NCBI GenBank assembly: GCA_951406725.2
Contig: OX597815.1
Coordinates: 127,534,001-127,598,000, forward strand
Length of the DNA: 64,000 nucleotides
DNA from: Octopus vulgaris
Lineage: Eukaryota
Direction of reading: 5' to 3'
A program made the translations under genes and the position numbers. Under the pieces are notes generated by a model that did no database searches, was not told where the DNA came from, and saw only the letters and a program-made list of their open reading frames with translations. Below, piece by piece: positions 1 to 13,900 of the stretch (the first letter of the stretch is position 1; each line of letters starts with the position of its first letter).

Positions 1-724
1 GTTCAGACACAAATAAAGGTAATTACCAGTTTGTAGTAATATACACAATTGCAGAGTTTCTGTAACAGAGAAGTTGAGGCTACAAAAGTGGAGAGCCGGT
101 TGAACACATGTCGTGTAGAGGTTGTGACTTCTATCCTAGGCCAAGTTACTTGGTACAGAAGATCTTGCAGGTAGGCTGAGCTGTTAAACTTGGTGAGTAT
201 TCACAAACCGCTTGTAGTTTAAACCTGGACGATGTTGCGGTTGGTGTGTATATAGACATGTTGGTGGTGTCGATAAGCTTAAGGCGACGGTGGTGATGAC
301 AGTGTTAAGGTGAAGGCGATGATGGTGAAAGGTCCTGAGTTGCTGCGGTGATGTTGGTGTCATCGCTATCAGTCACTGGAACTGGTTGAGTTGCTGGAAC
401 ATGGCTGTCTGTCGCTGGATGCTCTGTGGTCAATGGTCTAGGACCAAAGACCCAAATGGTTTGTCATGACTAGCTTTTAAAGGGTTTAGGTGGCTCAAAC
501 AAGGCATTAGAAAAACAGTGTCATGGGACCTTATCTGAAGGTTACGATTGGTTGGTTTACACATTGGTGTGAAATAAAGCAAGAGATAAATCTGCACCAA
601 AACCAACCAATTAGAGTAGCAAATACAACAGGGCCTAATCAGCTGAAGGATGGCTGCTATCGGCCACGACATTATTTGTATGATGTGTCTCAAAGAGGGA
701 TAATGTATTTCACTGACCACTACA
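1..724. mobile_element. Possible LTR/solo-LTR segment abutting the hAT transposase
   Basis: Ends ...GACCACTACA (724), an LTR-like terminus, just before the hAT frame begins; non-coding; the other end is not in the window. Confidence 0.3.
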
Positions 725-3700
725 GTATCTTTAGAAACATGTGATACAGATGGCATTGTAGATGCCTTAAAAATTGAATTAGTAAAAAAGAAATTAGATA
801 TAAAAAATTTACTGGCTATAGGAACCGACAATGATAGAGTAATGATAGGAGTCAACAATGGTGTTTTCCAGAAATTAAAAGAAGTCCCATCATTACTTCT
901 ATTTTGATGTGTATGTCATTCTTTACAGTTGGTACTATCCAACACTTGTGCTGAATGTTTGCCCATAAATTTAGAATTTTTAATGTCCGAAACCTATAAA
1001 TGGTCCTCTCATTCTTCAGCAAGACAAAGTACCTACAAACAACTTTACCTTGCTATCAATGATAAAGAGCGTTTGAAGACCGTGAATTCTTGTACAACTA
1101 GATGGATGTCAATAGAACCAGCAGTAAATAGAATTTTAAGCTAATGGTTTGAATTACAAAATCACTTCCAAACTACAACTACAAATGGAAAATGCTTTAC
1201 AGCACAAATGTTACATGAAATGTTTTGTGATTCTAGGAATGGACTTTACCTTTTATTTTTGCATCCAATTTTAAAACATGTTCAGGAAGTGAATAAACTG
1301 TTTGAATCAAACACTGTTGACAAAACAAAATTACTTGAAGATCTTTCAAATTTGATCAAATCTGTAGCCAATATGATAGTGTTGCCAACATATAGAATTG
1401 GTCCTCTTGATCCAGATGCTCCTATTGAAAAATTTCTGGATCCTAAACCAAATTTAGGCTACAGGTTCAAGAGAAAGATAGCAGAAATGATTATCAAGAA
1501 GACTGCAACAGCCACTGAAGAAAATAATATTCGCAAAAGAGCACAACAATTTTTACTCTGCCTTTATAAAGAGCTCAAGTACTGTTTGCCAGGAAATATT
1601 GATATACTGAGGAATATCAAATGTTTTTCAGTAGAGAATATTTTGCACCATTTCAAAGAGCCAATTTTACCGGTCTTAGAAGCAGTGCATTTAAACGAAA
1701 AAAAAATTGCTTCAATTGAAATTCAGTTTAATAACATTCATTTAGTTAAATGGACAAATATGTCTACTACCGAAGCATTCTGGCTATAAGTCCTGGAATA
1801 TAAAGATGCTACAGGAGGAAATCCTTTAAGAGATGTTGCAAATTTTGCCATTAAAACAACATAACAATTTTCAAAAAAAATTTGTTTATTGTATTTTTTT
1901 TATTGTTTATCAATCCATTTTTTCTGCTGATTCCAAAAATTATTTTTTGTGTATCATCAACAGTTAAGAAAATATGTCGACTTTCAATATTATTATGTAT
2001 TCAGTATTGTTATAATGTTCTGCTACTAAATGTTTGTCAAATTTTCTCTTTCAGACAAATTACTAAGTTCTGCTACTGTCAGGATGGCTACTAGAGTATG
2101 TAAAAATTCTCTAGATACATTTTGCTATGTGTGTGGTTATTATATTGGAAAAAAGCAGGTATTACATAATACCGTGAAAGGTGCCAAATTGTGGATAGCG
2201 TATAGACTATTTCAGAATGCCCATGGGTGACTAGGACAAACCATGGGCCCCACATGTGATATGTGAAAACTGTCAAGCTACTCTAGAAGGATGGTTAAGA
2301 GGTACAGGAAGGTCAATGCCTTTTGCCATTCCAAGGGTATGGAGAGAGCCAAAGAACCATCATGATGACTGTTACTTTTGTATGATCAATGTGACAAAGT
2401 ACAGAAAAGTGAAAGGAAGACAAGCCCTTCAGTATCCAGACATACCATCATCTAGAGCACCTGTCCCACATGATGACAGTTAATGAGTATCACTACCACC
2501 AGAAAATATTTCATCTGAAGAATCAACAAGTAGCAGCAGCCAAGAAATGGAGGAAGCTTTTGTACTAAGAACAACATTGGAGCCTCACTTTCCAAATCAG
2601 AGTGAGCTAGATGATTTAATCAGGGGTCTGGGTCTTACTAAGTCAGGAGCTGAACTTCTTTCATCAAGGTTGAAGGAATGGAATCTACTGGGGGAAGACT
2701 GAAAGACATCGCTGTACTGGAAATGCCATGAAGAATTTGAAATTTACTATGAAAATATTAATGATCTGTGTTATTGTAAAGATGTGATTGGTTTGTTTAC
2801 TGCTATTGGACTCAAGCATGATTCTGCAGAATGGCGACTGTTCATCAGTAGCTCAACACGAAGTCTCAAAGCTCCACAATGGAAATAAATATCCTTCTTT
2901 GCCTCTTGCACACTCCAATGTCAAAGAACTTCTCAACAAAATAAATTACACTGAGTTCAAGTGAGATGTTTGTGGTAATTTCAAGATGCTTGCCTTCTTG
3001 CTTGGCTTGCAAAGGGGATACACAAAGTATTCATGTTTCCTTTGCTTATGGGACAGCAGAGCTGATGATCATCATTACAAGAGAGTACACTAGCCCCCCC
3101 CCCCCCCCCATGAGTGGAACTGCAGCCAGGAATGTTAAATGTTCTCAAACAGCCACTAGTAGATTCCAACAAAATCTTATTATCCCCACTTCATATCAAA
3201 CTCGAATTAGTAAAACAGTTTTTGAAGGCCTTAGATTTTAGAGAAGAAGCTTTTCAAGAAATTTGTCTTATGTTTCCAAAGCTATCTGAGGCTAAGATCA
3301 AGGGTGGCATATTTGTTGGGCCCCAAGTAAATGCAATGTTAAAGTTGAAGAAACTGGAAAGAGCGATGACAAAAGTTGAAAAAGAAGCTTGGTGTGCATT
3401 TCGTGATGTAGTTAGTGGATTTCTAGGAAATCACAAGAATCCTAATTACAAACAGCTGGTAGCAAAGCTTATTGAAAACTTCAAGAAAATGGGTTGTCGT
3501 ATGTCCTTAAAGGTTCATTTTTTGCACTCTCACAAAGATTTTCCCCCGAAAACTTGTGTGATGTCAGTGAAGAGCATGGTGAAAGATTTCATCAGGACAT
3601 CGCAACTATGGAAAGAAGATACCAAGGACGATGGGATACTGCTATGATGGGAGATTATATGTGGTCTCTAGTCAGAAGAGTTGAAGGTATACACTCCAGA

Positions 3701-4415
3701 AAATCTAGATTGTCAAAGCACTTCTCATCTTAAGAAAAGAGTTATCAAGGCATTTACAGAGCAGAGTTTTATTGTTTCTTTTTGTTCTAACTAATATTAT
3801 ACTTCCTACATACCTTTCAATATATGAAAAAGTACTAAATGTTGTGTAATTATCCTTACAATACTAGAATAGATTGAACCAACAAAGTACTGTAGAGAAA
3901 AGTTACAAATATAACGAGCAAATATGAAATTAGGAATAAATAAATAACTATCGATGTTACGTCAAAATGAATGTGATTTTTGAATTTAGTGGTAAAAAAT
4001 GCATATATGAACATTAAAAAATACAAATAAACAAAACATGTGTTACATTGTGTAATCTATTAACATTGCCAAACTCAAATGCAGAAGTTGAACAGTTGGG
4101 TGTAATCAAATCAAAATTGAAAAACGAAATGCATCTTCCTATGCTTAGATCAATACTGTCTATAAAATATGGCCTGAACAAAACACATAATTAATAAGAT
4201 TGGGACCATGAATGTATACAGAAGTCAAGACCTAGGTACTGTAGCTGAAAGTGATTAAATCAGTGAAATTCAAGAAATTATTTCTTAATGCTGAATATAA
4301 TTTTAAAAAGTAAAGAAAAATGTAAATAAAAATTAAGCTTTTTGATATAATTAGTCTTTAGCATTTTTTCTACTGAAATTTAGCATAAAATTCTGATTTT
4401 AAGATGGTAACACTG
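725..4415 (+). mobile_element. Decayed hAT DNA transposon (5' part missing), interrupted by a Chapaev3 insertion
   Basis: The frame from ~731 reads ...IGTDN...CVCHSLQL...TTRWMSIE... (hAT D, CxxH and RW motifs). It resumes after 4055 as NLLTLPNSNAEVEQ...KSKLKNEM (dimerisation domain). Ends in a hAT-like terminus ...GATGGTAACACTG (4415). Confidence 0.85.
1855..4052 (+). mobile_element. Chapaev3-type (CMC/CACTA group) DNA transposon, full length, transposase disrupted
   Basis: TAA duplicated on both sides (1852-1854, 4053-4055). Imperfect ~100-bp TIRs, right end ...TGTTACATTGTG. Broken ORF 2084-3733 with FCYVCG...WREPKNHHDDCYFC, YTKYSCFLCLWD, PLHIKL, KVHFLHSH and EEHGERFHQDI. Confidence 0.85.
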
Positions 4416-5142
4416 GTTGGGACCACTGTATTTAAGTAGTAACAATGCTTTTTCTTATACACACAGCTTCTCTTGACTGAGGTGATGGTAAAAATTTAAA
4501 TTACAATTTCTTTTTGCCGCTTATATTCCACCAATAGACCACATGTGTGTTACTTTGGCATCATCATTCCATAAAATGTGTTTAATGAGAGAAAAATATT
4601 GAATAAGCATCAATACATGTGAGAGTGGAAAGGGAAGGTGGTTTGGGATGTGCTAGAAACTCCTTTGAATCGTACACTTTTTCCTTTGAAAATATTTACA
4701 ATTTTCTTTTTCTTACCATAAAGGCTCCTCCCATAGTTTTTAAGTTCCAAAAAATTGGCCAAAAATGGGGAATGGGTGAGGATTTCCAAAACCATTCTTT
4801 TCATAAAAAGATTCACCCCCACCCCATCATTTTGAAGGCTGTGGTGAAATAAAAAATGGGGAAAATCCATGTCAAAACGGAGTAGTTCTAATTTATTTGG
4901 TCTTCCTGATCCGAAACTCTGTTTTTTAGGGGTTTTTTTCAAAACTCTTCTCTCCACCTCCTCAGAACACATTTACCCTACAAATTTCTTTATAATCATA
5001 ATCTATGCCATATGTATAAAACTTCATTAAAAGATATGAGGGAAAAAATGTTGATCGTGTGAATTTTCCGAAACTCTTCTTCCCACCCCCTCGGAAAAAT
5101 TCTTTCCCCTTATATGTTCTAAATCCACAGCATCTGAGCAGT

Positions 5143-5910
5143 TGTAATGGAATGCAACATTGTGGTATTATGACAGTTATGTGATAAAATAAATCAGAAG
5201 TAAAAATTATATTACAATTTATTTGAGTGTTATAACAGTTCTGGAGGTGTAATTACAGAAGCAAAACGAAAGGTTTCTTGTTATTTCAGGATTACAAGAG
5301 TTCATGGTAGCTTTGTCGTGGTTCCATGTGTGAAGCTGGTGTATGTGAGAGCATGTTTTAAGCTGAACATTTAACTCACATGGTACTGCATATTAACAGT
5401 AGAAATAATGCAGACAAGAATTGTTTCTATAAGCTAGATAGTACTGTGAGTAGTCAGTTGAGGTTACTTAATAACAGTAATAGAAAGCGCAGTTGAGTTG
5501 CTCTGTTGTTCAAGAGAAGTAGTTGTATTGCTGTGTTGTTCATGATAAATCTAAACACCTCTTAACAGTTGAAAGTCTGTGGGGCAACTGATCAAACTGG
5601 TTGGCTTTCCATGCTACAGTTGCCCCCACTCGACTGTAAGTTGATAAAATCAGCCTAGGGTTGTAGCATGGGGAGCAGACATTAACATGCAAAAATAGTA
5701 ATAAGAAACACAAGGGCATGCAAGGAACAGTCAAAAGATAACCAAGGGAAAGAAATGTGACATACCATATAAGAGCGAAAGAAAGCTATAACTGAAACTG
5801 AAAAATTGAACATACATGGTATTTGTTGAAAATTTTGTTTAAAAGTATCCGTTTTTCTGTAAGTTATGAGGCAACAACGTTTACATGGGGGTGGGTGGTG
5901 GTGGTACACA
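5143..5910 (-). mobile_element. Possible solo LTR
   Basis: The minus strand ends AATAAA...CCATTACA at 5143. No TSD or other terminus could be fixed. Confidence 0.25.
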
Positions 5911-6341
5911 TTTGTAGTTAAGCCAAATAAAGTTAATACCAGTGGTGGGCATGGTTCTTCTAATATGCTAACAGCTAAGTAGCGAAGCTAACTTTTCATT
6001 TAGTCAATTAGCATTTTTGCTAACATTGAAAACTGTTAACAGACCAATTAGCTTCAGCTAAATTTGGTTCCACTAACTTAAAGTGTGCTGACAAAATTTG
6101 TACATTTATTCCTGGCTGTTGTGGGCATGTCTTGAAGTGTCCATAAGGCACTCTATTGGCTGACTACATGTACATGTAACAAGACATGATCAGTCAATGC
6201 AGTAGCAGTTAGCTAAGCAACATTGTGTAATTCCACAGTTTTGAGTTGTGTTCACTTACAAAGTTGTCATATTACAGACAATCTTACAGTATCAGCAACA
6301 GCACTGTATGCTATTGGTTTATCAAATTATGACTTATCGTT

Positions 6342-9119
6342 ATGGAAGGTGAAGATGTTTTTGTTCGGCCTGAGGAAGAAGGGCCTGTTGAGAAGTCTGC
6401 AACGGTTGTGGGTCAGGGAGAGTTTACTCAGGTTGAGAGCCAGGAGTCTCAGAACCCATGGACTCCACCTTGAGGACTAGTTTGTCCTTACATCAAGAGA
6501 TAAGAAGAATGCCAAAATCCTGTACTTCTGGTATGTCATGTACCAGCCCAAGGAGACCACCATCAAGAGACAAGCAGCGAGCCTCTACAACTTGAAGTCA
6601 CATGTCAAGAGGAAACGCCCAGTACATGCCATCCAGTTTGAGGAGAGGATCAAAGCCAGCTCATCCCATGGCAAACATAGGCAATCTTCTGGTAGCTATG
6701 CCAGAAGCCAGTCTTTGCAGACATGTGCAAAGAAAGCATTCCAGCTCCGCATTGGCAAAGCATTTGCCCAAACTGCTAGTGCTGGTGCATGTAGTGGAGT
6801 CTCCCACCTTTGTCAGCCTATTCAAGGTGCTGAACACCAGCAAGATGTTGATGCCCTGCTGCACCCTGGGCAGGGTGATCTAGGCCTGCCATAAATAGCT
6901 AGAGGAATATCTTACAAGGTATTTATAAATTAAAATTAAGCAAGTTTAGTAAATTATTATTATGGCAAACTTCGTATTTTCTTAATTTAATTTAATTATT
7001 TATCAAATAATTATATTTTTTATTTATGTAATAAAATGTATAATAGCTAAGTGAAATAAATGTCATAATATGTAATATACATAATATATATATTCCACTC
7101 ATGACTAAATCGTCACAGCCAAAATAGTAATCTTTAATGAAATAACGAATAAACAAACCTTAAGTTCTGAACTTATCAAATTCCAGCCATCATTCCATCC
7201 CCCATCTCAGTTGTTCATCCCCCCACCCCAACATGTCACCTATCAGTGTAGTGTCACTATTTTCAAAAGTTTAATAACAAATCTTTAAATTATGAGCAAT
7301 ATTTCTGTGAATTTAGAACACACTAGTAACAAACGTTAAACTACAATCTGTGTGATTTCTATAAACAAAATATGAAAGTGATTAAATCAGTGAAATTCAA
7401 GAAATTATTTCTTAATGCTGAATATAATTTAAAAATGTAAAGAAAAATGTAAGTAAAAATTAAGCTTTTTGATATAATTAGTCTTTAGCATTTTTGCAAA
7501 CAATCAAATGTCCTACATCTTTCCTACATATGAAAAATTGTACAAACCACATGCTCACAAAAACCATTGCTGTTTGTGTGAAGTTGCAGATGAGAGGCTA
7601 GTTTTTTGGGGGTTTTTTCTTAGTAGGCCTTGAACATACTCTGTATCAGTTTATATATATAATTTTAAGTTTTTAACTTTACAACTTATGTCTCTTTACA
7701 ATTTAACATTTTTTAATTACAGATTACTCAAGGATGTCCCTAGGTGGTGACCACTGAGAAATGCTGGTCAGACTACAAGACAACATGCTATCCTAGCCTG
7801 CTCTCAGCTCAGATGAGATCACACCTTTGATGTTCTTTCCCAGGCTATGGTGGACACCCTTTACAAGTTCCATTTGCAAGACAAGGTGACCAGGACTATG
7901 AAGAACAATGGCACAAACTTTGTCAAGGCATTTATGCAGTTTGGTACAGAAGTTGAACACTCAGACATTCCTGAGGCTGCTGCTGATCCTGACATGGAGG
8001 TCGTTGAGGATGTGGACCTGGATCCTGAGGCTGGAAGACGTGAGTATGTCTCTGTTAATGCCATCCAGTAGTTTGGGCCTCAACCTGCCAGCATACATGA
8101 AGTGCGCAGCTCATACCTTCAACTTGGTAGCCAGTGTGGATGCCGACAAGGCTCTTGACAGTGCTTCATTCAAGTCAGCCTACAGAAAGGCCATGTCCAA
8201 GGCACAGCAGCTGTGGAATCTGCAGGGCTGCAGCATGATGGTGGCAAACAGCATTCTGGATGTGTTGAAGAGAGGAGGCCAGTGGTCCCTAACAGTACCA
8301 GATGAAACTATACTTATGATTGTTATTGTTGTCCTCAAGAACTTTCTGTAGAAGAATAAAGTAGCTATCCACAGGGTGATGACACAGCTGAAGCTGTAGA
8401 CCTTCACTGATTCTGATGTTAGCTTCCTGGTGGAGTAAAGTGATGTCTAATGTTACCAAGGCCTTGAATAAAATCCAGGAGGAGGACCAGGCCTATCTCA
8501 GGAGCCTTCTGCCAACTGTAGTGGCTACTGTCATGAAGTTGAAGGAGGCCAAGTTCAAACATCTCCTGACTAGCAACATGACAAGATTTGGGTTCCTCCT
8601 AGAAGACCTGGAGTGCCAACTGGCCACTGCCTTCCACCCCAAGTTTCATCTGTTCTGGCTGGAGCAGTATAATAACAGCCAGGTTAGCAGAGTAACAAAT
8701 GTCATGAAGATCATTGTAGAGACAGCTCTAATGGAGACCAATGAGGAGAGCGGCAGCACCACCAGCAATGAGGATGAGGAAGACAATTTCTTCAGCAACA
8801 TCACCCAGTTCCAGGAGAGCAGGAACCACAGGTCATTGAAGTCTAAAGTACAGAACTTGGTGAAGAGCTGGCTGGAAGCTGTCTTAAAGGAGGTCCTTAC
8901 TGGTCACCCTTTTTTGGTGAGCAGGTCTTGATCAACCTGTTTACCAGGTATAACAGCACCATCCCATCCAGTGCTGCAGATGAGCTCCTACTCTCTGTAG
9001 GCAAAGATATTTTGAGGGCCAAGGGAGCCACCCTGTCAGATCATAACTTTGAGAGGCTGATGTTTATGAAGGGCAACCAGCATCATGTCGAGGTGATGGA
9101 GAAGGCCCAACCAGAGTAG
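6342..9119 (+). pseudogene. hAT transposase pseudogene with one GT-AG intron (6919-7722)
   Basis: BED-finger remnant (NLKSHVKRK), VVTTEKCWS, KCAAHTFNLV, ATAFHPKF and PSSAADELLLSVG...LSDHNFERLMFMK. The frame is continuous across AAG|GTATTT...TTACAG|A. Multiple stops and frameshifts. Confidence 0.85.
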
Positions 9120-9198
9120 TACACCTTGATTATCTGATCTTGGCATACCTATACTTTTTGATTCATTTAATACTTTTTGTACAGTAAATAAAGTGTAT

Positions 9199-9596
9199 TT
9201 TTTCTTTTATCTTTTATTTGTTTCAGTCATTTGACTGTGACCATACTGGAGCACCACCTTTAGTCGAGCAAATCGACCCTAGGACTTATTCTTTGTAAGC
9301 CTAGTACTTATTCTATTGGTCTCTTAAGCTGAACCACTAAGTTATGGGTATGTAAACACACCAGCATCGGTTGTCAAGTGATGTTGGGGAGACAAACACA
9401 CACAAACACTCACACACACACACACACACATTTGACGGGCTTCTTTCAGTTTCTGTCTACTAAATTCACTCCCAAGGCTTTGGTTGGCCCGAGGCTATAG
9501 TAGAAGACACTTGCCCAAGGTGCCATGCAGTGGGACTGAACCCAGAACCATGTGGTTGGTAAGCAAGCTACTTACCACACAGCCACTCCTGTGCCT
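9199..9596 (-). mobile_element. tRNA-derived SINE (octopus-type, CORE-like), full length, nested in the hAT 3' region
   Basis: The minus strand starts AGGCACAGGAGTGGCTGTGTGGTAAG (A box)...GGGTTCAGTCCC (B box), followed by CACCTTGGGCAAGTGTCTTCTAC, an internal (TG)n, a CR1-like 3' tail and an AAAAGAT-type end. Confidence 0.9.
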
Positions 9597-10271
9597 ATGT
9601 ATGTTGACTAATGTTTAATTTCATTTGTTCATTTAATTAATTGTGTACACCTTGATCATCATCTGATCTTGGCATGCTTTACCTTTTTGGAAAGCTGTAT
9701 GTCTAAGCTACAACATGGAAATTTCAGCTCTCTGAGTCTGCTTTTAAGGGTTTAAGAGCCCCCAAAAACCAAACCAAAGCTAAATCATATGGTAAAAGTT
9801 AGCGGTTATCAGTTAGTGCCAGCTTCTGCTAATTTTTTTACCTGTTCAGCAGTTTAGTGTTTGCGAAGTTAATTTTTTAGTTACTGGATTAGCAGATAGT
9901 GAAGCTAACTTTTTGGTTAGCTGTGCCTACCACTGGTTAATACAATGAATGAATATCATTGATAACATGATTAAAAAATATGTTCCATTCCCAATGATTT
10001 TCTCTGGAAATATTCTCTGAAATAGCAATGGTAAATCCCATATATTTTAACTTTCTTTGAATTGGCTTTTGACCACATAGATTCAGTTACTAGATTCACA
10101 AAATTCACTTGATGGTTTATAGATGAAGATTCTCCATTCTTTAAACCCCACCCCTCCCACACACCTTTTGTTAAAATATTTATAAGAGACAAAAATAGTT
10201 TCTGTCTAAATGCTTTAATTTTCAAAAAGTTTCAAGAATGATACTTTTTACTATGAATATGGACTGAAAGA

Positions 10272-10430
10272 CAAGGAGCTAGCAGAATCATTAACACACT
10301 GGACAAAATGCATAGCAGTTTTTCTCATGGCACATTTACTCTTTAAGTCTTTTGTCTCTTCAGAGTAGGTAAAATTGATACAACTATTTACATCAACTTG
10401 ATGTAAATAGTTGGCAGAGTTTCTTTAACT
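10272..10430 (+). mobile_element. Degenerate SINE fragment
   Basis: GGAGCTAGCAGAATCATTAACACACTGGACAAAATGC resembles the head of a second octopus SINE family. Confidence 0.45.
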
Positions 10431-10929
10431 CACATCCTTTAATCATAAATGTATACAACTGAGGTTGAGCTGGAGCTCAACAACAACAACAACAACAAAG
10501 AAGTAGCACACACACACACAAATATATACACATACACACACACATGCATGCACATATGATGGACTTCTTCCAGTTTCCATTTACCAATTACATTTCTCTT
10601 CTTCCCTACTAAAATATGCACAGAACTGTCCACATATTCCAATGAACCTTTTGGCTGGTGTAAATAGATAATCATCCTTCAGTTACACATTTGTTGCTTC
10701 CAACTTTAATGTCATATCACCTGATGAAATGAAGGCATGAAGTAAGATCCCTCTGACATCCATAGATATTATGGATCATCCTGTAGTCATCCCAGAAATA
10801 TGGACTATGATCATGAGAAACATGTTGCGATGCATTAAAATATCTACAAATTCCGTCCATGGATTATTATTATTATTATCATCATTATTATTACTATTTT
10901 ATTTATCCATTATATCAGCACAGCTTGCT

Positions 10930-13900
10930 GCTGACCCATACAACTGCTATTGCACATGTTTGCACCTCTCTGACCAGACTACTGATGACAAGCACCAACC
11001 TTTTTGCTAACTCCTTGTTCAACACCTTAAATTCTGTGTTATTAGAATTAAAGACTGAAAATTCCCTAGCATGCCCCCATTGCTAGCGTCCTTTCTCAAC
11101 AGCATTATCCTACCCCAGCTAACATCACTAGGAATTCTGTTCTGCTATCAGTTATAGTAGATGTCTGCCAAGAGGCTAGCAGACAAATCTGACATAAATA
11201 CATAGAATTCATAGGGCAAACCATCCAAATGGGTAATTTGTGGCTTGTACAATCACTCATCACCTACCGTATTTTAGTGGCTGTAATCAGCTTTGAGAAG
11301 AATTTTATGTTCACTACCAAGTAGGGCATTCGGGTATGAAGTAAAGTCAGCTACCATCATTGACCCATTAAAGTGCTGCTGGAAAACTGCACACATCTGC
11401 TAGGAACTGAGTACCACATGCCCATCCTGATTCTTCAAAGATCTGATTGTGGTTTTATTGCCACATTGCATTTCAACCATTCAGGCTCATCAGTTGACTT
11501 TTGTTCCTTCGTGTTTTAGCACACAGGCCTTAGCTCTGACAACACATCTTTTATGTGTCACCTCAAAGAAAAGGTCAAGAGCTATTCCCACTGCTAACAT
11601 GTTGGTCATGATGCCCTTACTAATCGCCTCTTCTAGTTTACTAACAAGTTCACCCTCTATATTTGTTTCTATTGCTAAATCTTTGCTAAACATTATAAAT
11701 TCTACTCTAATCGCTCTCTACATGGCAATCCACCTCCAGTTGTTGATGATTGTCCTTGTCAACTGCTACTTAACTAGTTCACTAATTTGGTCCTGTAGTC
11801 TTTGCATTCCAATAAGGATGCAGTCAACCTCAGTAACCAGATCTCAGTCAATGGGTCCAATCTAAATTGAATGTGCATATCACAAATTTGTGATCTGTGT
11901 AGCCAACCAGTTTACCTACACTATCCTTATCATCTGACCTAACAAACACCCTATCTAAATACGATCTGGATGACCCACTGTGGTTGCTCCATGTCCATAC
12001 TGGCATATCAGGAAAATCCAGTCAGTACCTGCAAGATAGCTGGAAATTTCTGAGCTGGTTTTCAAAGCTTTTACACCCTTTTCTGCTATGTACTAAACCA
12101 CACAGTCCTTCCATGTGCCCAAAATACTATTCCAGTCTCCCACCACTACTTAAGTGCAAGATGTTCCTAAAAATGTTTTTAGATGCCTGAAGAAATCTGG
12201 CCTTCCAGCATCTGTTGGAACATAAACTGCCACCAGTCTAAAGGCACCACCTTCGCTGCCATTCATGTCCAGGACCACCACCTTACCATCTGGGTTCAAA
12301 AAGATAGCCTCTACTTGGAGATCTAAGGATTTCTGAAGTAGCACTGCCACCCACTCCCACAAGATGAGAATATCTCACAGATCTCGAAAATGGATGCTAG
12401 AACATGCTTTCCAGAAATTCTTGTTTCACTGATGACAGCCACATCTAAATCAATTGACTTGAGATTGTGGAGCAAGTGACCTTACTTCCAAGCTAATTCC
12501 AGGCCATTCACATTTACACATCCCACTATCAGCACAGTCATGCTAGTTGGAGAAAGTAAAAAAGGAGGTCACTCACCTTGATTCTCAAGAAGTCCAGGAG
12601 TTCTGGACCTCTCTACTAATGAAAGTTTTTTAAAGGCCCTTCCAAAAGTATTTTGTTAACTGATTTTTAAAAGATCCCATATAAACATCTGAGGACGTTT
12701 TAATTTATAACCTGCCCTTTGGGATTTTGGGGATGAAATCCTCAAATTCCTTTCCCTCTGTCTCAATTTTGCTTTTATTTTGATATACAAAATCCATCAA
12801 TTCACTGTTGCATTTGTTCCCAACAGTGAAATTGATGGATATATTTCACCTACAGTTACCAAGTATTTTCTTATTTTTGCAATTTCCTTTTTAGTTGTTT
12901 CTGTGTTTCTATGCTGTTTCTATAGTCATTGTTCCTGCTGGAGTGGCTGTGAATTGGGCTGTAGTTGTAGTTTTGTATATCCTTTTGCTGTGTTCTTGGC
13001 GTAGGGTTGTGTATCTGCCCTTTTTTGTCACAGTGATCCATTGTTCAGTCACTCTTCTTTCTCCATTTCATTGGTGTTGTAGTTAGTTTGATGGGCAGGG
13101 TATTCAAGAGGGGTTTGCTTTTCCAAAGTAGCTGAGAGTAAACTTCTTCGCTGTCTTGGTTTGGGTGTAGGTGTAAGAGTCTTGAGCAGATCCTCATGAT
13201 TTTGTGCTTGTGGTGTTTATAGTTTTGGCAATAGTGGGAGTTTTGTTTTCCTTGTTTGAGGACAGAAAGCTTCTAAGTGAGTCACAGATCCACATATGTG
13301 GCATCTTGGCTTTCTACCCTTTACTAACACTGACAGGTGAATACCATCTGAGAGGTCTATCAGGTCAGGTAGCTCATCGATATAGGTTTGCTTACATTCC
13401 AAGGTCAATTCCATACCTGTACCAGACCAGTTTTGTTGAGATATTTTCTTTGCCTCCAAAATAGTCACCTTGTCTTCCGCTATACCAGCCAAGGCAGTTG
13501 CCACTAACCAGGTGATGGATAATTCTGGTGACATGTTTATCACTGTCAGCAAAGCATTGGCCATAGTAGCTGGGGATTAAGAAGTCTCCATTCTTCAGTC
13601 ATTGTGGAATGACACGTGGCTTCTTCAGTCCCAAATCTTACTTCAATTGTCCCAAACTTTTTTCCTCAGGGAGTACAGGTCTTCTATTCCCACACTTGCC
13701 CAAGGCATTTTTGTATCTGGCTCTCAGAAGTATTTTCCACCTAGTGTGATTTTGCTCCAATGCATTGGTATGTAACCATGCATCGCAAGATATTTTCAAT
13801 CATGTTAAGTGGAGGGTTTAAGGCTACTCTTCTTCCATTCTTTTTAACAATTTTTCTGGCCTATTTCAATTCTTCATCTATGGGGAAAATCTTCCAGATT

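Larger units (their letters stand above)
5940..9935 (+). mobile_element. Full-length hAT (Ac/Tol2-like) transposon
   Basis: Perfect 8-bp TSD GTTAATAC (5932-5939, 9936-9943). TIR CAGTGGTGGGCA / TGCCTACCACTG. Subterminal GAAGCTAACTTTT repeats at both ends. Confidence 0.93.

Noticed and set aside
4500-5130. Repeat-like region with CCCCACCCC motifs and short ORFs
   Set aside because: Probably a non-autonomous element fragment, but no termini, TSD or coding motif could be established.
9520-9596. tRNA gene
   Set aside because: The A/B boxes belong to the SINE head; no full cloverleaf.
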